Below are positions 1 through 8,589 of a DNA stretch of 53,065 bases, piece by piece (positions within the stretch are counted from its first letter, which is position 1; each line of letters starts with the position of its first letter). Origin of the DNA: a virus (taxonomy: Duplodnaviria; Caudoviricetes); IMG/VR virus record IMGVR_UViG_3300031999_000029, positions 1 through 53,065 of that record, one strand, 5' to 3'. The notes under the pieces were generated by a model that was not told the origin of the DNA, ran no database searches, and saw only the letters and a list, made by a program, of their open reading frames with translations. The translations under genes and the position numbers were made by a program.

Positions 1-141
1 CGACGCGGAGCGGTTGCGAGCAGTAGAGAAAGCGGCGAAGGCGATGGTCGAATACGCTGATCGATGTAATGACGACAGCACGGAACTGGAAAACCTACGA
101 GGGGCCTTCTCAGGTCGAGGCCCAGAAGGAAAGGTGAAGAC

Positions 142-582
142 ATGAGCTTGGTAGAACATGCAGTAGCAGAAATGCGATCCGTGGGCTTGTATGACAACGA
201 CAGCGACTATGCCGGAATGCTCGGCAAGGCAGTAGAGGATCTCGTGCGGGTGTTTGCCGCTCAAGGGCACAGCGGGTTTTCAGCGCATCAGACGTTGAGA
301 ATCTTTGGCATCGTGGCGCGTTTCAAACCACTCGGGCCGCTCACAGACAACCCCGATGAGTGGATGGACGTGTCGAAGTATGGCGGAACAAACGACCCTG
401 CCATGTATCAGAGCAGGCGGCAATGCTCTTGCTTTTCGTGTGATGGAGGAAAGACCTACTATGACGTCGATGAGCGACAGGCGTGGTGGCGGCGATTGCT
501 GCCGCGTCGCGCGCCTTTGACGTGGAGGTTGAAGCATAGGAAGACCGGGAAAACTGCAACAGAGTTGAAGCCCGCAGCGTGA
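142..582 (+). CDS. Phage hypothetical protein
   Basis: 146-aa ORF, purine-rich RBS-like sequence upstream, ATGA overlap with a partial upstream ORF (2-145). Confidence 0.75.
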   Translation: MSLVEHAVAEMRSVGLYDNDSDYAGMLGKAVEDLVRVFAAQGHSGFSAHQTLRIFGIVARFKPLGPLTDNPDEWMDVSKYGGTNDPAMYQSRRQCSCFSCDGGKTYYDVDERQAWWRRLLPRRAPLTWRLKHRKTGKTATELKPAA

Positions 583-589
583 GGAATCT

Positions 590-805
590 ATGACCAAGCA
601 ACGTAAGCAACAATCAAAACGCGATCCTGCATGGCTCGCGTTGGTGCAACGCCTAGCCGACGCCCACGCAGAGGTGAGCGGCGCGATATTAGAATCGGAC
701 CCGTATGGTCCGAGTTTGGCTGTGTTGTGCGAGGCGCAGATGCGCCGCACGCTGCAAGTAGAGGCCAAAGCGGCGGTAGCCGCGCCACCGGCGGGGGGGC
801 CGTGA
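590..805 (+). CDS. Hypothetical protein
   Basis: GAGGA RBS; tightly packed between neighbours. Confidence 0.55.
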   Translation: MTKQRKQQSKRDPAWLALVQRLADAHAEVSGAILESDPYGPSLAVLCEAQMRRTLQVEAKAAVAAPPAGGP

Positions 806-996
806 TCGATCTCGTGCGAATGACCAAGTCACAACTGCGCATGTGTAAAGGGGGCGCGCAGTTTGTGCTCCGCTTGTCGCGGCGGCGCTGCAAAGTGGCG
901 AGAGATGTGTTGAGAGCGGAAGAGAACCGCATTGCACGGGCGAACCAAAGGATCGTTTGTGTCGATAAAGAGTTGAAGAGAAGGAACGCGAAGTGA
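802..996 (+). CDS. Small basic hypothetical protein
   Basis: GTG at 802 overlaps the upstream stop (GTGA); in frame with ORF 631..996. Confidence 0.45.
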   Translation: MIDLVRMTKSQLRMCKGGAQFVLRLSRRRCKVARDVLRAEENRIARANQRIVCVDKELKRRNAK

Positions 997-1391
997 ACCT
1001 CGGCAAGTCAGAACCTTTTGAGCAAATGTGCGACGAAGTGAAGCTCGTGGCGACGAGACTCACGGCTAGGGGCGTTCCCCTTTCGATCGCTCGGGGTGTG
1101 GTGATCTATTCGTCATTGTGCTCGTGGTCGCAAGGGCTCGTGTGCGACCGGGCTCGGCGTAAGGCGTGCAAGGAGATTGTCGAGGATTGGATCGATCGGC
1201 TCGCGTCGATTTGGAAAGCGCGAGAGGCGAGCGACGCGCTAGCCGCGTTGGCTGGAGGGGCAGACTTGAAAGACGACGGGTCGGCGTTTCTGTCAGAGGC
1301 GCAAGCGTCGCTAGTGGCGGCTGCGGCGAAGCGACAGGGGCCGCCGCCTCGTTGGTATCAAATTTTGGAGGGGGCAAGATGGCGTCGGTGA
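993..1391 (+). CDS. Hypothetical protein
   Basis: 132-aa ORF, GTGA overlap coupling. Confidence 0.55.
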   Translation: MNLGKSEPFEQMCDEVKLVATRLTARGVPLSIARGVVIYSSLCSWSQGLVCDRARRKACKEIVEDWIDRLASIWKAREASDALAALAGGADLKDDGSAFLSEAQASLVAAAAKRQGPPPRWYQILEGARWRR

Positions 1392-1693
1392 TCGTCGTGT
1401 ATGTGATCGGCCCGTACCGTGGCGCGAACGCGTGGGAGGTAGAGAACAACATTCGGCAGGCCGAGATCGTTTCGATGCGCGCGGCGACGCGTGGTTTCGT
1501 GCCGTTGTGTCCGCACACGATGTTCCGATATTTCAACGGGACACTGACCGAGCAATGGTGGCTCGATGCGACTTTGAAGTTGTTGGAGCGCTGTGACGCG
1601 GCGACGTGCGCGCCGCGTTGGAAAGAAAGCGAGGGTTCTCGTGCTGAAGTGGATTGGTGCCGTACTCACAACATTCCGATCTTGGATCTCTGA
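1379..1693 (+). CDS. DUF4406/DUF1937-like protein (nucleoside 2-deoxyribosyltransferase-like fold)
   Basis: ATG 1379 after GGAGG; motifs VYVIGPY, PLCPH, LLERCDA, W..SEG...E typical of this phage family. Confidence 0.7.
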   Translation: MASVIVVYVIGPYRGANAWEVENNIRQAEIVSMRAATRGFVPLCPHTMFRYFNGTLTEQWWLDATLKLLERCDAATCAPRWKESEGSRAEVDWCRTHNIPILDL

Positions 1694-1700
1694 GGGACAC

Positions 1701-1988
1701 ATGATTGTGATCCGCGACGGCAAGGCGGTGCAGGTGGCGGTCGAGAGCGCGGTCGATGATCGTACTCTCGCACTCGTGGACGAATTCACCGAGCATTGGG
1801 AAACGATGCATCGCCGTCATGGGAAAGAGATCGCACAGCACTGGAGCGCGGAACGGTCGACGGCGTTCGAGGGTTGGGCCTTGCAGAAGATTGCCGGGTT
1901 GCAGCTTGCGGTCGAACATCTCACGGCAGTTTTGTCGGCCGTCGACAAGGAAATGAAAGCGAGGGCAAATGCGCAACGGCAAGGGTAG
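1701..1988 (+). CDS. Hypothetical protein
   Basis: ATG 1701 after GAGGG, in frame with ORF 1593..1988. Confidence 0.55.
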   Translation: MIVIRDGKAVQVAVESAVDDRTLALVDEFTEHWETMHRRHGKEIAQHWSAERSTAFEGWALQKIAGLQLAVEHLTAVLSAVDKEMKARANAQRQG

Positions 1989-2211
1989 TGCGCAGAGGCG
2001 GCGACAGATTCCTCTACCGGAGTACGATCGCCGATGGTCGCTCGCGTTTCGCCGCTGTCAGTTGTGCGGCAAGGGCGACGAGCTTGTCGATTGCGTTGTG
2101 GGTGGACGAAAACTGTACGCCCATGTAGATTGCGCCCGCGAGATCGATTCTATGCAGGCGGAAAGGCGCGACGGGGCGCCGGGAGCTATGAATGCGCGAC
2201 CCTCTTGGTAG
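1969..2211 (+). CDS. Small putative Zn-binding protein
   Basis: CxxC...HxxC pattern. Confidence 0.4.
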   Translation: MRNGKGSAQRRRQIPLPEYDRRWSLAFRRCQLCGKGDELVDCVVGGRKLYAHVDCAREIDSMQAERRDGAPGAMNARPSW

Positions 2212-2401
2212 GTTGTGGCGTGTGAGAGCAGACGGACACGTGCGCTTTGTTTGTTACAGCAAGACCGACGCGGGGGAGAAGGTGCACTCCGAGTTAACGG
2301 AGCCGATCGCTCCGGCCAGAAAGTGTCCGTGCGGTGGCGACGCGTGGTCGCTCGGGACGTTTTTCCTGTGCGCCAAGTGCGCGGCCGAGGTGCGGCGATG
2401 A
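2192..2401 (+). CDS. Small Zn-ribbon protein
   Basis: CxC...CxxC; overlaps neighbours. Confidence 0.4.
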   Translation: MRDPLGRLWRVRADGHVRFVCYSKTDAGEKVHSELTEPIAPARKCPCGGDAWSLGTFFLCAKCAAEVRR

Positions 2402-2706
2402 AGACGGGACGACGCATCGGTCGTTGTGAAAAGCGCTTCAGCGGTAAGTGGGTGACGGCTCGCGGTTTGTCGCTGACTCGACTCTGGTACGAACGCGAGT
2501 TTGGCGTGGAAATTCCGAAGACGTTTCACCGAACGTCGAGGATCAAAAAACAGATTACTCGTAGGACGGTTGACGTGTACCGGTTCGGGAGCACGCGCTT
2601 TCATTTGGGTGACATTCACGTCGAGCTACGGCGGATTGTCGAGAACGCAAAAAGGGATGCCGACAACGCTAAAATTTTGGCGTTACCTGTCGAAAATTTG
2701 GCGTAG
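2398..2706 (+). CDS. Basic hypothetical protein
   Basis: ATG 2398 overlaps the upstream stop (ATGA), GAGG RBS. Confidence 0.5.
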   Translation: MKTGRRIGRCEKRFSGKWVTARGLSLTRLWYEREFGVEIPKTFHRTSRIKKQITRRTVDVYRFGSTRFHLGDIHVELRRIVENAKRDADNAKILALPVENLA

Positions 2707-2800
2707 GCGCCTTTCGTTTCCTACATCAACGCCAAGCTCTGTCGCCGCAACGCAAAAAACTCGGCAACTTTGTTGCCTAACGCAAATTGTTTGGCGTAGG
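2676..2800. repeat. Cluster of TTGGCGT motifs (possible operator/binding sites)
   Basis: TTTGGCGTAGG at 2697-2707 and 2790-2800, TTTGGCGT at 2676-2683, inverted ACGCCAA at 2729-2735. Confidence 0.45.
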
Positions 2801-2825
2801 ATGTCTGTCTGAGGGAGATCGATCA

Positions 2826-3623
2826 ATGCCGCGACACGAAATCCGCCAGGAACTATGGGACAAACTGATCGCTTCGTTTCGCATCGCCCCGGGCAACGCC
2901 GGCCGCGCCGCGACCGCCGCCGACTGCGACTATCGCACCGCGCGCCGCGCGTGGGAGAGGGGTTTTTGGTGGGCCAAGCATCTCCCTTATCGCCAACCCA
3001 TGCGCGAGATCATCGATCACGAGCAAGAGATCGCGCGAGCGCGCCTCGCCGCCCTGCGCGACGAATCGGCCGTGCAAATCGTCAAGGCCGAAGAGCAACT
3101 CGCCATCGACGAGAAGCAACGCGAGATCGATCGTCGGCGCCAGGCGGAAACCGACGCGACCGATTCCGTTGTCGAAGAGGCGCAGCTCGTGCGCCTCGCG
3201 CGTGGCAGCGCACTCTCGATTCTCGGCTCTATGCAATCGCTCGCCGAGGGCGCCGCCAAGGTCGGAATCAAAGTGCAGGAGTCACTCGCGTCCTATTGCG
3301 TAGTCGAGGAAGACGGCACGCCGCGCAAGCTCACGCCGTTGGAGCTGGGATCGCTTACGCGCGTGATCGCATCCCTCACGTTGTCGCTGAAGCAAGCGAT
3401 CGACGCATCAGCCCGAGCAATGGAAATGGAGCGCCTGTTGCTCGGCGAGCCCTCGCGCATTATCGGGGTGCGGCACAGCGTCGACGATGTCTCTATGGCC
3501 GAAGCCGCCAGGCGTATCCGCGCAGCGTACGAGGCTCTCGAAGCCGCGCGTGCCGAGGGGATCGTTGTGGACTCAGAGACGCCCTTGTTGACGTCAGGAG
3601 GGAACGGGACAAGCGCACATTGA
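2826..3623 (+). CDS. Probable terminase small subunit (N-terminal HTH plus coiled coil)
   Basis: GAGGGAG RBS; HTH-like GNAGRAATAADCDYRTARRAW; helical body ending MERLLLGEP; lies upstream of the large terminase. Confidence 0.55.
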   Translation: MPRHEIRQELWDKLIASFRIAPGNAGRAATAADCDYRTARRAWERGFWWAKHLPYRQPMREIIDHEQEIARARLAALRDESAVQIVKAEEQLAIDEKQREIDRRRQAETDATDSVVEEAQLVRLARGSALSILGSMQSLAEGAAKVGIKVQESLASYCVVEEDGTPRKLTPLELGSLTRVIASLTLSLKQAIDASARAMEMERLLLGEPSRIIGVRHSVDDVSMAEAARRIRAAYEALEAARAEGIVVDSETPLLTSGGNGTSAH

Positions 3624-3985
3624 AACACACTGTAAGCATAGCAATATCAAGGGCTTGTCCTGATCTTGTCTGATAAGACCTATTATGTAAACTCTTAGAG
3701 ATTTCGCAACGATTACGCACGCTTGCGAAAGCGTATGCGACATTTCATTACCTGAACAAAATGAGCGCGCGCCTTGCGCGAGGGTGGGGCGCACGCTCAC
3801 GCGCGAGACGCGCGAGAGGTCGCAGCCTGAACCCCCCGGCACCCCCCGGCGCGGCGAGGGCGAGGACTACCTACCCCGACTCGCGCGCTCGCGCGGGTGA
3901 CGCAAAGCGTATTGACAAAAACCCTACAGTATGAATCGGCACGCCTCCCCGCGTCAAAAATTTGTACGCGCGCCGTGTGAATGTG
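3624..3985. other. Non-coding region, candidate packaging-initiation or genome-end site
   Basis: AT-rich part, inverted repeat TTTCGCAA/TTGCGAAA (3702-3730), CGCG-rich tract, tandem ACCCCCCGGC x2 (3831-3850), AAAAATTT; directly downstream of the putative TerS. Confidence 0.35.
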
Positions 3986-3987
3986 TG

Positions 3988-4016
3988 TTGACATTAACCT
4001 CACGGTTTGAGACACT
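3988..4016 (+). promoter_or_regulatory. Sigma70-like promoter
   Basis: TTGACA-N17-GACACT upstream of the GGAGGAG RBS of the 4063 gene. Confidence 0.6.
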
Positions 4017-4027
4017 GACCGTGAGGG

Positions 4028-4241
4028 AAACGAACCGCGCCCGAGGGCGCACGGAGGAGACCGTGGTATTCATTCGAACGCACGAACAGGCGAAACAAAT
4101 TTTGGCCGACGAGCATATTGTGGATCCAATATGGCTCGGAGATGTAGACGATCCGGACCGTCTCGGTTGTTACCTAGACGAGCACATCGAGTGGTTGCGG
4201 ACAGAGGACGAACCGGAGCTGCGGACGTGGGCCAGGAGCGT
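4028..4241 (+). repeat. 214-bp dispersed direct repeat, copy 1
   Basis: Matches 21974-22187 with 2 mismatches (4109 A/G, 4205 A/C). Confidence 0.97.
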
Positions 4242-4458
4242 ACGTGATGATCTCAACGGGACGGGCGGTGACCCCATGACTACCCATAAAGCGGCGAAAG
4301 GGCCCGAGAGGATTTTTTGCGGCGGCACCTTCGACAACACACCGGGGAAGGTTGCGGTGCGGTGTCGTCGGTGTGGCCGGGTCTGCTACGAGAAAAACGA
4401 GGGAGACATTTGCTACGCTCCGGCGGCGAACGCACCGGAGGTGAAGGCGATCCCATGA
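4063..4458 (+). CDS. Hypothetical protein with C-terminal Cys cluster
   Basis: GTG 4063 after GGAGGAG; first ~60 aa nearly identical to ORF 22009; C..CxxC..C..C tail. Confidence 0.6.
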   Translation: MVFIRTHEQAKQILADEHIVDPIWLGDVDDPDRLGCYLDEHIEWLRTEDEPELRTWARSVRDDLNGTGGDPMTTHKAAKGPERIFCGGTFDNTPGKVAVRCRRCGRVCYEKNEGDICYAPAANAPEVKAIP

Positions 4459-4739
4459 CCGACCTCACAATCGTCAACACAATCTGGAGCCAGATCCCGA
4501 TCGCAATCAAGCTGGCGTGCGGCGCCCGTGACCCGAAAGCCGCCGACGAGCACACCTTGATCTTCACCGTCGCCCGGGGTCTCCGCTACGTCCAAATCCA
4601 GTTGAACGGGCGCGACCTGTACGACATCAGGCACTTCCGCCTGAAGCGCGGCACGCTCGAAGCCATCCCGATCGATCAACGCGGCGACGTCTATGCCGAG
4701 GATCTCGGAGAGTGCCTTTACCACATGATCAACAAGTGA
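4455..4739 (+). CDS. Phage hypothetical protein
   Basis: ATG 4455 with ATGA overlap; strong GC3 bias; DLYDI and DVYAEDL motifs. Confidence 0.7.
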   Translation: MTDLTIVNTIWSQIPIAIKLACGARDPKAADEHTLIFTVARGLRYVQIQLNGRDLYDIRHFRLKRGTLEAIPIDQRGDVYAEDLGECLYHMINK

Positions 4740-4770
4740 CTTTTGCACAAGTCACAGGAGGCAAGACATC

Positions 4771-5121
4771 ATGAAACGCGGCTATGACATGATCAAACGA
4801 GAGCGCGAGAAGCTCACAAAATTGGTTGGAGCGTTTTTGACGGCCAGGGGCGCCGTGCGAACGCCTCGCGCCCTCTACGACTATCGCCTTCTCACGCTCG
4901 CGGGTCCGTTTCTGGTGAGTGTTGGGCAGGGGGGCGGCGCCATTTTCGGCAGGTTCGACGATCCGAAACGCGCCGCCTCCGTCTTGCCCTCGTTCGGTTT
5001 CGCGTCTCTCAACACGTACTCGGGCAAGTGGAATCACCACTTCAATCGGTGCACCGCAGAGCAAGCGTTCGAGATTTTCAAGCGAGACTTTGAACCCCTT
5101 GTCGTCGAGGTGAAGCCGTGA
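4771..5121 (+). CDS. Phage hypothetical protein
   Basis: AGGAGG RBS; IFGRFDDP and N.YSGKWNHH motifs. Confidence 0.7.
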   Translation: MKRGYDMIKREREKLTKLVGAFLTARGAVRTPRALYDYRLLTLAGPFLVSVGQGGGAIFGRFDDPKRAASVLPSFGFASLNTYSGKWNHHFNRCTAEQAFEIFKRDFEPLVVEVKP

Positions 5122-5909
5122 CCGCAACCGCTGCGCAACAATCCTTTCCCTTTCCCACCCGCAACCGACGCGAGTGGCAGGTCGCCGTCCGCGCCGCCGC
5201 TCTCGGCGACCTCGACGCCAAAACCTACGTCGACGACGTGCGCTACGCGTTCAAGCATTACGTCGAGACCGCCCCAGGCACTCTCGGCAACAAGCTCACC
5301 AGCAATCGGTTGCGGGAGTTTTCGCTTTTCGATCGAGCGCAGCGTCACCTGGAGCACAAGCAAAACCGTTTCCGGCTCGCCTCCGAAGCCGCCGCCCGCT
5401 CGGCCGATGTGTGGCACTCCAAACCGCGCTCTATCGGCATCGTCGAACGCCTCGCCGCCGTGCGAGAAGACATCGCATTCGAGTTGTCCGACGCCTTTGT
5501 GCGATGTCGCTACCGCCGCCCGAGCGACAAGTGGGTCGGCGGCAAGTTCGATTTCCAGGTCGAGATCCGCTCGAAGCTGCCGCCGACGGTGAAGGTATTT
5601 TCACAGCGAGGGTGGCACAAAAATCGTCGTTGGACGGGACAGAACGTGCGCGTGACCGCGTCCGTTGGCCTGGACTACCGCAAGATCCCCGGCGAGCTGC
5701 GCGTCGTCGACGGCCTTCTCGTGCTCCGGGTTCGATCGATCGGTCCCGAGACGTGGTCGGCTGTCGTCGCCGAACAGGGTCGCGGGCTCGACATCGTCTG
5801 CCGCGAGTGCGTCTTGCTCCGGAGCGGCGGGGAGATTTTCAAAGCGAAGACGCTTCGGGCTGCACGAATTCGAGCGAAAGCACAAGACAGGGAACGAGGG
5901 CAGCCATGA
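5118..5909 (+). CDS. Hypothetical protein
   Basis: 263 aa, GAGGTG RBS, GC3 bias, coupled to both neighbours. Confidence 0.7.
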   Translation: MTATAAQQSFPFPTRNRREWQVAVRAAALGDLDAKTYVDDVRYAFKHYVETAPGTLGNKLTSNRLREFSLFDRAQRHLEHKQNRFRLASEAAARSADVWHSKPRSIGIVERLAAVREDIAFELSDAFVRCRYRRPSDKWVGGKFDFQVEIRSKLPPTVKVFSQRGWHKNRRWTGQNVRVTASVGLDYRKIPGELRVVDGLLVLRVRSIGPETWSAVVAEQGRGLDIVCRECVLLRSGGEIFKAKTLRAARIRAKAQDRERGQP

Positions 5910-6112
5910 CCGAACGCATCGAACACTATCGCCGCCCGTCTCGTGTCGAGGCGAAGATCCGGATCCGGAGAGCGCGGGCCTTTGCGCGATTTTTGACTTT
6001 GCGCGCCAATCGTGCGCCGTTCGATCGGATCGATCGAGCGTGGGGGGGGGTGTTGGGATGGGACTCGGCGCTACCTCCGGCGTCGGGTGAGTACGTGGCG
6101 GTGTCGAAATGA
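5906..6112 (+). CDS. Hypothetical protein
   Basis: ATG 5906 with ATGA overlap. Confidence 0.4.
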   Translation: MTERIEHYRRPSRVEAKIRIRRARAFARFLTLRANRAPFDRIDRAWGGVLGWDSALPPASGEYVAVSK

Positions 6113-6312
6113 GCCGGGCGCGCGAGATCGTCAAAGCTCAAGTCGAGGATCCCGGCCTGTGGTTCGAGGCGCAAACGGCGCCAGAGGCGTACCTGCAACA
6201 AGCGCTGCGCAAGCTCCACGCGGCTATCGAGTCCGACTCGTGCGGTCACCCGTGGCACGACGAGATCGAGCACGTCACGATGGCGTGCCCTAGGTGCAAG
6301 ACGAATCGTTGA
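6109..6312 (+). CDS. Small phage hypothetical protein
   Basis: EDPGLWF.A.TAPEAYLQQALRKLH motif, C-terminal CxxC. Confidence 0.6.
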   Translation: MSRAREIVKAQVEDPGLWFEAQTAPEAYLQQALRKLHAAIESDSCGHPWHDEIEHVTMACPRCKTNR

Positions 6313-6337
6313 CAACCGCCCGCCGTTGCCGTAGTGC
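6309..6337 (+). promoter_or_regulatory. Sigma70-like promoter upstream of the large terminase
   Basis: TTGACA-N17-TAGTGC. Confidence 0.4.
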
Positions 6338-6349
6338 TTTCGTCAACAC

Positions 6350-7801
6350 ATGAGTTGCTTGTCGCAGACGGACGAGGATCGCGTTCGCGCCGCCGATCTC
6401 CTACACCTGGGTTTGGCGCAAAAATCCGCTAGCGCGTTCATGAGCTACGTGCTGCGCGACGAGAAGACGAACGAGCGGATCAAGCAAGCCCCGATTCACC
6501 AGGCGTGGCAGGCGTTGATCAATCAACACCGCCGCTTGCTCATATGGTCGTCGGTGGAGAGCGGGAAAAGTTCGCAAGTGAGCGTCGGTCGCACGCTCTT
6601 CGAGCTTGGCCGGAATACCGGTCTCCGTTGTTGCATCGTCTCGAACACGCAAGGTCAGGCCGGCAAGATCGGCGGAATGATCGCGAAGTACATCGAGGGG
6701 TCGGTCGACTTGCACGAGGTGTTCCCCGATCTGTTGCCCGACGAGCCGTGGACGAGTAGTCAGCTATTCGTGAAGCGGCAGACGATGGCGAAAGATCCGT
6801 CGGTGCAGGTGTGCGGCATTCACGGCAACATTACCGGATCGCGTCTCGACGTGCTCATCCTCGACGACGTGCTCGACTACGAAAACTGTCGTACGCCCGG
6901 GTTGCGGCAGGACTTGTGGGACTGGTACCACGCGACGCTGTCGGGGCGTCTGACGGCGGACGCTCGGGTGATCGTGATCGGCACCGCCTATCATCCCGAG
7001 GATTTTTTGCACCGCCTCGCGCGCACCGGAGGGTGGGCGGCGTTTCGGTACCCGGTGATCGATCCGGACACGAACGAGATCCGTTGGCCCGAGCGTTGGC
7101 CGGAATCACGCATCGAAGCCAAGCGCATCGAGCTTGGCCCTCTCGAATTCGCGCGACAGATGATGTGCGTCGCCAGAGACGACGCCGAAGCGCGGTTCAA
7201 GAAGGAATGGATCGATCTATGCCTGGCGCGCGGCGCCGACCGCGAGCCGCGCCCGAGCCTCGAAGCCGTGCCGCCGGGTTGCCGCACAATTACCGGAGTA
7301 GACTTGGCGGTGTCGCGCAAGAAGATTTCGGGCGACACCATTTTCTTCACGATCTTGGTGTACCCGAACGGGGACCGCGAATTGTTGTGGATCGATGGCG
7401 GGAAGTACAGCGGGCCCGAGATCGTCGACAAGTTGGTCGACACGCACCGACGATTCGGATCGGTGATGTACGTGGAGAACAACGCGGCGCAAGAATACAT
7501 CCTGCAATTCGCGCGCAGTGAGAGTGCGGTGACGGTGCAGCCGTTCACGACGGGGCGCAACAAGGCCAACCCGGAATTCGGCATCGAGTCTCTCGCCGTC
7601 GAGATGGCGAATGGCAAGTGGATCATCCCGTGCAAAGATGGCCATATTCACAAACAAGTGTCGATGTGGATCCAAGAGATGCTCTACTACTCGCCGGCGG
7701 CGCACACGGGCGACCGTCTCATGGCTTCGTGGTTTGCCCGCGAGGGTGTCGGCCGCGCCAAAAAGAGAGCGTGGGTCGGAAGGATAAACAACGCTCGCTA
7801 G
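6350..7801 (+). CDS. terL: Terminase large subunit
   Basis: Walker A-like SVESGKS, ITGSRLD and Walker B VLILDD, motif C IGT, nuclease acids in GVDLA, VENN and HTGDRLMA. Confidence 0.93.
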   Translation: MSCLSQTDEDRVRAADLLHLGLAQKSASAFMSYVLRDEKTNERIKQAPIHQAWQALINQHRRLLIWSSVESGKSSQVSVGRTLFELGRNTGLRCCIVSNTQGQAGKIGGMIAKYIEGSVDLHEVFPDLLPDEPWTSSQLFVKRQTMAKDPSVQVCGIHGNITGSRLDVLILDDVLDYENCRTPGLRQDLWDWYHATLSGRLTADARVIVIGTAYHPEDFLHRLARTGGWAAFRYPVIDPDTNEIRWPERWPESRIEAKRIELGPLEFARQMMCVARDDAEARFKKEWIDLCLARGADREPRPSLEAVPPGCRTITGVDLAVSRKKISGDTIFFTILVYPNGDRELLWIDGGKYSGPEIVDKLVDTHRRFGSVMYVENNAAQEYILQFARSESAVTVQPFTTGRNKANPEFGIESLAVEMANGKWIIPCKDGHIHKQVSMWIQEMLYYSPAAHTGDRLMASWFAREGVGRAKKRAWVGRINNAR

Positions 7802-7856
7802 GTGACTCGCGCATTGAAAACGTGGTACACCCGGAGAGCATTCGGAGGAGAACAAA

Positions 7857-8285
7857 ATGTCAGAGATGAACGAAGAGCAGTTGAAGGAAGCATTGGATCA
7901 TGACGCTGCGATCAAAGCTGGCAACGGCGGGGCGAAAGCTCCGGAAGCTGTGGACCCGGACGAAGCGATTTTTGCGAACCCGGCTGCGGCGGCGAAAGTC
8001 ACGGGTCAGATCGAGACCCGCAACTCGGTTCTAGCCAAGGATCTCGTGACGAGCTTCATGCAGGTAGCTCGGGAGTTTTCGGGCCTGGCTCTCATGACCG
8101 GAAAACCGAACATCCAAAAAGACAAGAAGGGCGAGCACGTCGTGCACTACGACCCGCCGAAGCCGGACGCGGCTTTGAAGTGTCTCGACGCGGCGTTGCG
8201 CGCAATGGAATTGGCGAGAATGGCCGACGCTCTCGGCGACCGGGCAATTTTCCGGCAGGGAGTCGTGCCCAAAAAAGCGGAGTAG
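7857..8285 (+). CDS. Hypothetical protein
   Basis: GGAGGAG RBS, 142 aa. Confidence 0.7.
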   Translation: MSEMNEEQLKEALDHDAAIKAGNGGAKAPEAVDPDEAIFANPAAAAKVTGQIETRNSVLAKDLVTSFMQVAREFSGLALMTGKPNIQKDKKGEHVVHYDPPKPDAALKCLDAALRAMELARMADALGDRAIFRQGVVPKKAE

Positions 8286-8288
8286 CCC

Positions 8289-8579
8289 ATGGTGGCATAT
8301 CGCGGCGAAGATTCTGAAGATGACAACGGCGGCGACGGGAACGGAGGTGATTGGGATGAGTACAAGAAACTCGTGCTCTCGCAGATCCGCGAGCTGCGCC
8401 ACGACAATCAGGAGATTCGCCGCGACGTGTCCGATTTTCGATCCGAAGTGGTCGACAAGTTCTCGACGGTGAAAGAGGATCTGGCGCGGTTGAACGTCAA
8501 GGCCGGTTTGTGGGGCGCGCTCGCGGGCGCCCTCTTCGCCGGCACGTCGATTTTGATTCAGATGATGTCTTCGAAGTAG
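8289..8579 (+). CDS. Coiled-coil protein with C-terminal transmembrane helix (holin/XhlA-like architecture)
   Basis: Heptad region followed by AGLWGALAGALFAGTSILIQMM. Confidence 0.55.
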   Translation: MVAYRGEDSEDDNGGDGNGGDWDEYKKLVLSQIRELRHDNQEIRRDVSDFRSEVVDKFSTVKEDLARLNVKAGLWGALAGALFAGTSILIQMMSSK

Positions 8580-8589
8580 GGCGGCGAAC

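Noticed and set aside
3912-3940. Promoter at TTGACA 3912
   Set aside because: No -10 element at 16-18 nt spacing; the 3988 site fits better
6042-6049. G8 tract as a phase-variation switch
   Set aside because: Single homopolymer in a weakly supported ORF of a GC-rich genome; no sign of a broken frame
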